A DNA stretch of 54,121 nt from Clostridiales bacterium. Lineage in GTDB: Bacteria > Bacillota > Clostridia > Saccharofermentanales > Saccharofermentanaceae. Position 1 is the stretch's first letter. Every line of letters begins with the position of its first letter. Location: assembly GCA_017519205.1 (NCBI GenBank), contig JAFWSW010000109.1, positions 1 to 54,121 on the forward strand. Reading direction: 5' to 3'. Below the pieces are notes generated by a model, which was given only the letters and a program-made list of their open reading frames with translations, was not told the DNA's origin and did not search any database. The translations under genes and the position numbers were made by a program. Positions 46,550 to 54,121 of this stretch are shown piece by piece.

Positions 46550-49234
46550 ATGTCTGATTCTACAAACGAACCACTTTCCGGCAAGGATCTGCGAAAAGCA
46601 CAGGAAGCCGAAGTGGACGCGATCTTCTGCTCTGAGCAGACCACCATTATCCCGGTCGATCTGGAAAAAGAAATGAAAAAGTCGTTCATCGACTATGCGA
46701 TGAGCGTTATCTCTGACCGTGCTCTTCCGGATATCCGTGACGGTCTGAAGCCGGTACACAGAAGAATTCTTTACTCGATGTTTACCCAGGGTTTCACCCC
46801 GGACAAGCCGTACCGTAAGTGCGCCACCACGGTAGGTGACGTACTCGGTCGTTTCCATCCGCACGGCGACGCATCCGTTTACGATGCTCTCGTACGTCTT
46901 GCACAGGACTTCTCCATGCGCTATATGCTGGTCGAGGGCCATGGTAACTTCGGTTCCATGGACGGTGACCCGCCGGCTGCTTACCGTTATACGGAGGCAA
47001 GACTCCAGAAGGTAGCGATGGAGATGATGAGCGATATCAACAAGGGTACTGTTGATTTCCGCCCGAACTTCGATGAACACGATGTAGAGCCTGTTGCTCT
47101 TCCGTCCCGTTTCCCGAACCTTCTGGTCAACGGTTCCGTCGGCATCGCCGTAGGTATGGCGACCAACATCCCGCCGCACAACATGGGCGAGGTCATCGAC
47201 GGTGTTGTTATGCTCTTGGATAATCCGGAAGCAACTATCGACGATCTGATGACCGTGGTAAAAGGACCTGACTTCCCGACAGGTGGTATGATCCTCGGAC
47301 GCCGCGGTATCTCCGATACATACAGAACAGGTAAGGGCCGTATCGTTGTCCGTGCCCATACTGATATCGAAGTCATGAGCAACGGCCGTGCAAGAATCAT
47401 CGTGCATGATCTGCCGTACATGGTCAATAAGGCCCGTCTCATCGAGCGTATCGCCGAACTCGTTAAGGAGAAGAAGATCGAAGGTATCTCCGATATCCGC
47501 GATGAGTCCGACCGTAACGAGAAGGTACGTATCGTCATCGAGCTCCGCCGTGATGCCAATGCGAACGTCGTTCTCAATCAGCTCTATAAGAACTCCCAGA
47601 TCCAGGATGCGTTCTGCGCCAATATGCTCGCGCTCGTTCCGGATGCCGAGGGAAGACTCGAGCCGAAGACCATCAACCTGATGGATGCGCTGACATACTA
47701 CATCGCCCACCAGGAAGATGTTGTTCTCCGCCGTACCAAGTACGATCTGGAAAAAGCACTTGCCCGTAAGCATATTGTGGAAGGCCTCCTGATCGCGATC
47801 GACAATATCGATGAGGTCATCTCCATCATCCGCTCCAGTAGAACAGAGGATCAGGCGAAGCAGAGACTCTGTGAGAGATTCGGATTCTCCGACAAGCAGG
47901 CCCAGCATATCGTTGATATGCGTCTCGGTCGTCTTACCGGTCTCGAGAGAGAAAAACTCGAAGCCGAGTCCAGAGAACTCGACGAGCGTATCGCTTACTT
48001 CAAGAACGTTATCGAAGACGAATCACTTCTCCGTCAGGTCATCAAGACCGAGATCCTCGAGATCAAGAAGAAGTATTACGAAGATAGAAGAACTGAGATC
48101 GGTCCGCCGGATGAGGATGAGATCGATGACGAGTCCCTGATCCAGGAGGAGCAGATCGTCATCACACTGACACATCTCGGCTACGTGAAGCGCTGCCCGA
48201 TCGATACCTACAGAAGCCAGCATCGTGGCGGTCGTGGTATCTCCGGTCTGGCGACACACGAAGAAGACTATGTCACGAAGATCATCACATCTTCGACACA
48301 TGACTTCCTCCTGTGCTTCACCAACAGAGGCCGTGTATTCCGCATGAAGGGCTATCAGGTACCGGAGGCAGGACGTTCCGCCAAGGGTACAGCTGTAGTT
48401 AACCTTCTCCAGCTCGAAGCAGATGAGAAGATCAGAACGATCATCCCGATCAGAGACTTCGAGTCGGGTGCATTCCTTACGATGGCTACCCGTGAGGGTA
48501 TCGTAAAGAAGACACCGCTTACGGATTATTCCCGTATCAACCGTTCCGGTCTGATCGCTATCAATATCCGTGAAGATGACGAGCTGGTCGGCGTTCACAT
48601 GACTGACGGCGCACAGGAGATCGTTCTGGTTACCAGAAACGGTCTGTCCATCCGCTTCAATGAGACGAACGTCAGAAGTACAGGACGTAACACCATGGGT
48701 GTTAAGGGTATTACCCTCCGTGAAGGCGATGAAGTCATCGGTATGGCTCCTGTCGTCGAGAACAGAAACCTCCTCGTTGTTGCCGAGAAGGGCTTCGGTA
48801 AGAGAACCGAGATGGAAGAGTACCGTGTACAGTCCCGTGGCGGTAAGGGTCTGATGACCTATCGTGTATCCGAGAAGACAGGTCCGCTCGTAAGAGCGCT
48901 CCTCGTCGATGATGACAAGGATATCCTGATCATCAATAATGACGGTATCGTGATCCGTCTGTGGGCCAAGGAGATCCCGGTTCTGTCCCGTGTTACTCAG
49001 GGTGTAACCCTCATGAGATCGAAGAACAGCACGATCGTAGACGTTGCCATCGTTGATCACGAAGAGGAAGAAGAGACCGAGACGATCCCGGAGGATGCAG
49101 AGGTTCTTGTTGAGAGCGGTACGGAAGAACTTCTTGCGAGAGCAGAAGCTCAGGCTGCAGAAGAAGCGGAAAAAGCACAGGAAGGTGCAGCAGATGCTCA
49201 GGAAGAATCCGGTGAGGAGAGTACGAACGCATGA
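46550..49234 (+). CDS. gyrA: DNA gyrase subunit A
   Basis: ATG 46550 after AAAGGAGAA. AAYRYTE active-site Tyr motif. GyrA-box-like QHRGGRG. Acidic C-terminal tail. Confidence 0.92.
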   Translation: MSDSTNEPLSGKDLRKAQEAEVDAIFCSEQTTIIPVDLEKEMKKSFIDYAMSVISDRALPDIRDGLKPVHRRILYSMFTQGFTPDKPYRKCATTVGDVLGRFHPHGDASVYDALVRLAQDFSMRYMLVEGHGNFGSMDGDPPAAYRYTEARLQKVAMEMMSDINKGTVDFRPNFDEHDVEPVALPSRFPNLLVNGSVGIAVGMATNIPPHNMGEVIDGVVMLLDNPEATIDDLMTVVKGPDFPTGGMILGRRGISDTYRTGKGRIVVRAHTDIEVMSNGRARIIVHDLPYMVNKARLIERIAELVKEKKIEGISDIRDESDRNEKVRIVIELRRDANANVVLNQLYKNSQIQDAFCANMLALVPDAEGRLEPKTINLMDALTYYIAHQEDVVLRRTKYDLEKALARKHIVEGLLIAIDNIDEVISIIRSSRTEDQAKQRLCERFGFSDKQAQHIVDMRLGRLTGLEREKLEAESRELDERIAYFKNVIEDESLLRQVIKTEILEIKKKYYEDRRTEIGPPDEDEIDDESLIQEEQIVITLTHLGYVKRCPIDTYRSQHRGGRGISGLATHEEDYVTKIITSSTHDFLLCFTNRGRVFRMKGYQVPEAGRSAKGTAVVNLLQLEADEKIRTIIPIRDFESGAFLTMATREGIVKKTPLTDYSRINRSGLIAINIREDDELVGVHMTDGAQEIVLVTRNGLSIRFNETNVRSTGRNTMGVKGITLREGDEVIGMAPVVENRNLLVVAEKGFGKRTEMEEYRVQSRGGKGLMTYRVSEKTGPLVRALLVDDDKDILIINNDGIVIRLWAKEIPVLSRVTQGVTLMRSKNSTIVDVAIVDHEEEEETETIPEDAEVLVESGTEELLARAEAQAAEEAEKAQEGAADAQEESGEESTNA

Positions 49235-50742
49235 TCCGTAACGTCCGAAACACATCTTCCGGCAATGCCGGGAAGACTCCTCGTACGAGATGGCAGACGA
49301 TCCTGTCCCTGATCCTTGCTGTAACGATCCTCTCCTGCTTCATCCCGATGCAGATGCTCCGTGCACAAGATCCGGAGACCTCCGAATCGGGAGAACAGAT
49401 CGTGGCCGGAGCTACGGGTGAGACAACTACGGGAAGCGACGTTGATTTCAGAAGCAAAGGTGTCGGCCAGCAGAAGATGGAGATCCCGTCGCTGGATAAG
49501 GTACAGTGTGCATCTTACTTCTGCTATGACAGAACGACCGGCCAGGTGATCATTGCCAAGGAAGAAAATAAGAAAGTCTATCCTGCAAGCATGACCAAGA
49601 TCCTGACGCTGGCTCTTGCCCTCGAGTATCTGGATCCGCACGAGATCATCACTGTAAGCAAGACTGCGATGGATGCGACCACACCGAACTCTACCATGAT
49701 GGGTGTGGTGACCGGCGAAGAACTGGAAGCAAATGAACTTTACTTCGGCATGATGCTGCCGTCCGGAAACGATGCGGCAAATGTCCTTGCCGAGGAGATC
49801 GCGAAGCACTATAACGCTCAAAAGGGTGCCCTTCCGACAACGACACCTCTTCCGACTCCACCGGAAGACGGTCCGGTTACGGAAGACCCGAATACTTTCT
49901 CGCTGATCGGTCAGTTCGCTTATATCGCGAACATGAAAATCCAGGAACTGGGACTTACGAATTCCCACTTCATGAATCCGAACGGTCTTCATAACGAGAG
50001 ACACTATACTACGGCGCACGATCTCGCCATGATGTTTGACTATGCGCTGAACTTCGAGGATTTCTGCACAGTCATCAGTGCACCGACCCATTTCTTTAAG
50101 GCGGATAACAAGCATCCTTTCGATGGCTGGAAGAAGGTAAGTAATACGAATCATCTTCTGACGGATCCGTACATGATCGGGCTGGATTCCCACTGTGTCG
50201 AGGTATTCGGCGGAAAGACCGGTACGACCAAGGTCGCAGGAACCGGTATGACAGTTCTTACGATCAACGAGAACGGTCATGAGATCATCACATGTGTATG
50301 CGGTATCCCGTACGACATGGCAGACCATCAGACAGTGTATATCGCATCTATCGTCCGTGAAGCCAATCTCAAGTGCTGGGAATCTGATCCGGTACATCGT
50401 GTAGATGGAAACATGATTGATAACAGAGGATACAATGCTCCTGTTGAAGATTCTCCTTCCGGTCAGAAGGGAAATGTGACCGTATCCAGTCCGGATGGCC
50501 CAACCGAAGAAACTTCAGAACCTTCAGAGACCACACTCGCTCCGACGACCGAGACAACTGCATCGGTGACTCCGGCAGCGAAGGAAGAGAAGAAGAGCCT
50601 CATGCAGAAGCATCCTGTGCTGGTCATCGTACTTGTGGTTCTGGCGACGATCGTCGTCTGCATGATCGTGCTGACGATCGTATCTGTCAGCCGCGTAAAG
50701 AGAAGAAGAAGGAAAGCAGGCATCCGCAAGGTAAAGTTCTAA
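49231..50742 (+). CDS. Serine-type D-Ala-D-Ala carboxypeptidase (PBP5/DacB-like) with C-terminal membrane anchor
   Basis: 503 aa. SMTK, SGN and KTGT motifs. T/P-rich linker, then a TM helix and RRRRK. Confidence 0.85.
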   Translation: MIRNVRNTSSGNAGKTPRTRWQTILSLILAVTILSCFIPMQMLRAQDPETSESGEQIVAGATGETTTGSDVDFRSKGVGQQKMEIPSLDKVQCASYFCYDRTTGQVIIAKEENKKVYPASMTKILTLALALEYLDPHEIITVSKTAMDATTPNSTMMGVVTGEELEANELYFGMMLPSGNDAANVLAEEIAKHYNAQKGALPTTTPLPTPPEDGPVTEDPNTFSLIGQFAYIANMKIQELGLTNSHFMNPNGLHNERHYTTAHDLAMMFDYALNFEDFCTVISAPTHFFKADNKHPFDGWKKVSNTNHLLTDPYMIGLDSHCVEVFGGKTGTTKVAGTGMTVLTINENGHEIITCVCGIPYDMADHQTVYIASIVREANLKCWESDPVHRVDGNMIDNRGYNAPVEDSPSGQKGNVTVSSPDGPTEETSEPSETTLAPTTETTASVTPAAKEEKKSLMQKHPVLVIVLVVLATIVVCMIVLTIVSVSRVKRRRRKAGIRKVKF

Positions 50743-50788
50743 AAACCTCCGAGACGGTCCTGCACCGAAGAGGATAATTGAAGAGACG

Positions 50789-50849
50789 AACCCCTGAAGA
50801 CGGGCGATGAAGTGAATGCTTTATGTACCGGAACCTTCAGGGGTTTTTT
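50789..50849 (+). terminator. Rho-independent terminator with large loop
   Basis: cccctgaag 50791-50799 pairs with cttcagggg 50835-50843, then tttttt. Confidence 0.7.
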
Positions 50850-50966
50850 AATTGAAGATTTTTCCTGTTTTTTTCAAAAGCAGCCAATATTTTCTTTCGT
50901 CTACTCGTCTATAGGACAGAAGCGGATACAAGATATCAGCTAAGCATAGTTCTCGGAGGTTAGAGT

Positions 50967-52481
50967 ATGAAAAAGACAGTATCGTTATTGATCGCAGCCA
51001 CCATGTTGCTTACTGCCTGCAGTAACAGCGTAGATGGGAAAAAGAAAACAAAAATCAGTCGCGTCGACAAGCATGTTGAGGAAGACGACTATGAAGAAAA
51101 CGAAGAAGTCGTAAAAAGAAAAGACAATGATCCGGATGATTCAGACATAGAAACCGTATCCACGGAAGTAGGAGAGAGGATCACCTTCGGCTCGTATCCG
51201 CAAGGGGCGGATGGCACAGTGAAACCGATCGAGTGGCAGGTGCTCGATGTTCAGGATGGGATGGCGCTTCTTATAAGCGTATACGGACTGGATGCCAAGC
51301 CGTACAATGAATATCGGATAGAGGATGTCTCCTGGGAGACCTGCACACTACGTGCATGGTTGAATAACGATTTCATGAATACCGCTTTTACGGAAGAAGA
51401 GAAGACCCAGATTGCAAAAACAACAGTCATTAATGAGTACAATCCGATCAGCGGCGCAGACAGCGGAAATGACACAGAAGATCAGATGTTTCTTCTTTCA
51501 CTGGAAGAAGTCCAGGAATACTTTGATCTGGATATGATAGATAATGGGGAGACTTACTGTGCCGGTGATAGCTGCTGCTGCACTCCGACAGAGTATGCTG
51601 CCTTTATGGGAGCATATGTATACGAAGCAAAGAAAGCAAAAAATGAAAATTACAACGGTAATACCGGATGGTGGCTTCGTTCGCCTGGCTATGATGATTC
51701 TATTGCTGCACATGTAACAGCAGTCGGATACTGCACAGGAAGCGCCGAGGTGCATCCGGATTCCAGAGAAGGTGCTGTCCGTCCTTCCATGTGGATCGAT
51801 CTTACGGGAAAAGGACGTGACAGGATCCATATTCAGGATCTGTCTGAAGTAGTAAAAGGCGATGTCATTACGCTTGGAACATATCCGCAGGATGAAAATG
51901 GTTCGGTCCGGCCGATCAAGTGGCAGGTCCTCGAGGTGAAAGACGGAAAAGCCCTCATCATCAGCGAGTATGGTCTGGACTGCAAACCATATAACACAGA
52001 AGAAACAGATGTGACCTGGGAGACCTGTACGCTCCGCGCCTGGTTGAATCAGGACTTCATGAATACTGCATTTACGCCATCGGAACAGGGCCTGATCGCA
52101 GAAACGAAGCTGGTCAATGAGGACAACCCGATGTATGGTACAAAAGGCGGCAATGACACGACAGATAAAGTGTTCCTTCTCTCCCTCAACGAGGTGCTGG
52201 AGTATTTTGACCTTACATTGAACAATGGACAGGAAGATAGTGAAGTGTATTGCTTTGGTGAAGGCAGCGGGGCCTTCCCCACGGAGTATTGTGTGAAGCA
52301 GGGACTGACACGAGTCTATGCGACATGCCGGTGGTGGTTAAGATCTCCGGGTCAAACGAACACCATGGCTGCATGTTCTCTCGGCAGAAGGACCGGCCCC
52401 GGTTTCTTTGTTAACAATGACGGTGCCGGTGCGAAGTATGGCGTTGCAGTCCGTCCGGCGATGTGGATCACTCTTGGCTGA
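50967..52481 (+). CDS. Lipoprotein with two tandem DUF6273-like repeats
   Basis: 504 aa. Lipobox LLTAC. Internal duplication of a module about 230 aa long (FGSYPQ...WQVLDV...WETCTLRAWLN.DFMNTAF...FLLSL.EV.EYFDL). Confidence 0.7.
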   Translation: MKKTVSLLIAATMLLTACSNSVDGKKKTKISRVDKHVEEDDYEENEEVVKRKDNDPDDSDIETVSTEVGERITFGSYPQGADGTVKPIEWQVLDVQDGMALLISVYGLDAKPYNEYRIEDVSWETCTLRAWLNNDFMNTAFTEEEKTQIAKTTVINEYNPISGADSGNDTEDQMFLLSLEEVQEYFDLDMIDNGETYCAGDSCCCTPTEYAAFMGAYVYEAKKAKNENYNGNTGWWLRSPGYDDSIAAHVTAVGYCTGSAEVHPDSREGAVRPSMWIDLTGKGRDRIHIQDLSEVVKGDVITLGTYPQDENGSVRPIKWQVLEVKDGKALIISEYGLDCKPYNTEETDVTWETCTLRAWLNQDFMNTAFTPSEQGLIAETKLVNEDNPMYGTKGGNDTTDKVFLLSLNEVLEYFDLTLNNGQEDSEVYCFGEGSGAFPTEYCVKQGLTRVYATCRWWLRSPGQTNTMAACSLGRRTGPGFFVNNDGAGAKYGVAVRPAMWITLG

Positions 52482-52514
52482 AAGACGTAAAGAGAACACT
52501 TTTGTAAGGGAATA

Positions 52515-52549
52515 GGAAAGCCGCTGCATCTGCAGCGGCTTTCCTTTTT
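52515..52549. terminator. Hairpin terminator between convergent genes
   Basis: ggaaagccgctgca / tgcagcggctttcc followed by ttttt on the + strand. Confidence 0.8.
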
Positions 52550-52600
52550 CTTTTTCCTTGCTTTATCCTTCTCCTCTACAACCCGAGGATGAATCAAGTA

Positions 52601-53572
52601 TTAGAGATCCTTAACCTCAGCGAGGATCTTCTTAACGGACTCTGCAGAAGCCTGCAGGAAGCGGAGTTCCTGAGGATCGAGGTCCAGTTCAAGTACTTTC
52701 TCAACACCATCAGCGCCGATGATCGTAGGAACGTTAGTAGCTACGTCCTGAATGCCGTATTCACCGCAAAGAACGGAACCTACGGTACGGATCGTGTTCT
52801 CACCCTTCAGGAGAGACTTTGCGATGGTGGAGACGGAAACGGCGATACCGTCAAATGTAGCACCCTTGAGCTTGATGACTTCAGCACCGGAGAAACGAGT
52901 CTTTTCTGCAATCTCGATGCGGTCAGCCTGCGTGAACGGGATACCTGTTGTCTTGGAGTAATCGTCGATGGAAAGACCGGCGATGTTTGTGGCACTCCAT
53001 GCAGGGAGCTGGGAATCACCATGCTCACCGATGATGTAACCGTGTACGTTACGTACGTCGATATCTAATTTCTGGGAGATGAGGATACGGAAACGTGCGC
53101 TGTCAAGTACTGTACCGGAACCGATGACTCTGTTTCTCGGAAGACCGGACCACTTTGCGATCATGTAGGTAAGAACGTCTACCGGGTTGGAAACTACGAG
53201 GATGTTACCGCCTGTGTAGTTTTCCATGATGCTTTCTGTGATCTTCTTAGCAAGACCTACATTCTTCTTTGCAAGATCGAGACGGGTCTCGCCCGGTTTT
53301 CTCGGAATACCTGCTGTGATGACGATCAGGTCGCAATCCTTAACATCTGTGTAGTCACCGGCATAGATGTCCATCTGTCCGAGGAAAGGAAGTCCGTGGC
53401 TGATATCCAGCGCCTCGCCCTTTGCCTTATCCTGGTTGACATCGATCATGACCAGTTCTGTGCACAGCTGCTGGATAGCCATTGCGAAAGCAATAGAAGA
53501 TCCGACTGCGCCGGCGCCGATAATAGCAACTTTAGAACCATGTTTAATCTTCATTTTCGTACCAACTCCCAA
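52601..53572 (-). CDS. ldh: L-lactate dehydrogenase
   Basis: 323 aa. KVAIIGAGAVGSS NAD motif and GEHGDS catalytic-loop motif. Confidence 0.92.
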   Translation of the reverse strand: MGVGTKMKIKHGSKVAIIGAGAVGSSIAFAMAIQQLCTELVMIDVNQDKAKGEALDISHGLPFLGQMDIYAGDYTDVKDCDLIVITAGIPRKPGETRLDLAKKNVGLAKKITESIMENYTGGNILVVSNPVDVLTYMIAKWSGLPRNRVIGSGTVLDSARFRILISQKLDIDVRNVHGYIIGEHGDSQLPAWSATNIAGLSIDDYSKTTGIPFTQADRIEIAEKTRFSGAEVIKLKGATFDGIAVSVSTIAKSLLKGENTIRTVGSVLCGEYGIQDVATNVPTIIGADGVEKVLELDLDPQELRFLQASAESVKKILAEVKDL

Positions 53573-53954
53573 AATACTTCTTTGTATTTAACCGCATTTC
53601 CAAAAGAAAAAAGTGTGTCGCATCATTGCGAGGAAACACCTACTCGAAAATCTGGCAAGCGTATTTTAATATGAAACAATCCTGATGACAACGGCAAAAA
53701 ACCAAAAAGCATTATATGCATAAAAGCACCTCAAAAAATGCCTTTTTAGATATGTAAAAAGCATACGAAAATTAAACATGCTAGTATGCAAGTTGCAACA
53801 CGATGGATTGACAGCGGATCCGGATCCATGTATCCTCTCCTTCACGGGATGATGAAACAGGGATTTTGAAATAGATGATTTCATATCTGCCGGGTCTTAT
53901 TTCTATAAAGGAAATATATAGAAAAACTTGTTTGAAAAAATCTCAAAAAAGGTG

Positions 53955-53983
53955 TTGACACACCCCAGAACCCGTGATATTAT
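53955..53983 (+). promoter_or_regulatory. Strong sigma-A type promoter, probably of an rRNA operon starting beyond the window
   Basis: TTGACA 53955-53960, 17-nt spacer, TGnTATTAT extended -10 at 53975-53983. The leader contains ccttgaaaattgaata, which resembles rRNA leader boxA-type sequence. No CDS follows up to 54121. Confidence 0.45.
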
Positions 53984-54121
53984 AATTGAGCGCTTCGCGA
54001 GAGCGGGGCACGGACGGACCTTGAAAATTGAATAGAAGAGCAGAAAGTAATTACTACTTTTATACGAGCCAAATGTTCAATTCATAGAGTTGAAAACATA
54101 AGTAAACAAAGAGCCAAAAGG

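Noticed and set aside
52589-53068. 159-aa + strand ORF overlapping ldh
   Set aside because: Antisense shadow of an unambiguous L-lactate dehydrogenase.

Overview
Chromosomal segment that looks like a moderate-GC Firmicutes/Clostridia genome (taxon judged by eye from gene content and order, not computed). About 50 CDS, most on the + strand, mostly housekeeping. In order: an EF-G paralog; hprK-murB-rapZ-whiA; a PadR/DUF1700 operon; a T-box-controlled PaaK-family ligase; glnA; a GGDEF/EAL sensor; ddl; metA; nnrD-alr; the origin-type cluster rpmH-rnpA-yidD-yidC-jag-mnmE-mnmG-rsmG; an ECF sigma/anti-sigma pair; gyrA; a DD-carboxypeptidase; ldh; and a probable rRNA promoter at the right edge. I found no tRNA or rRNA genes, CRISPR arrays, transposases or integrases. 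The standout region is 12708-17582. It holds three tandem, diverged copies of a two-gene module: a ~410-aa double zinc-ribbon protein with two C-terminal TM helices, followed 4-7 nt later by a 95-134-aa single-pass membrane protein with a long tail carrying short conserved motifs. A macro-domain/HTH-like fusion gene and glnA follow, and I see no convincing terminator before 20217. I could not assign this module to any family I recognise, so it is my candidate for an undescribed system. Other notable items: a ~74-nt structured terminator repeat present twice, with every core substitution compensatory; an EF-G paralog lacking the catalytic His; a T-box in front of an adenylate-forming enzyme; and a GGDTF-degenerate GGDEF domain fused to an intact EAL domain. 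All coordinates and alignments were done by hand. No database searches were run.
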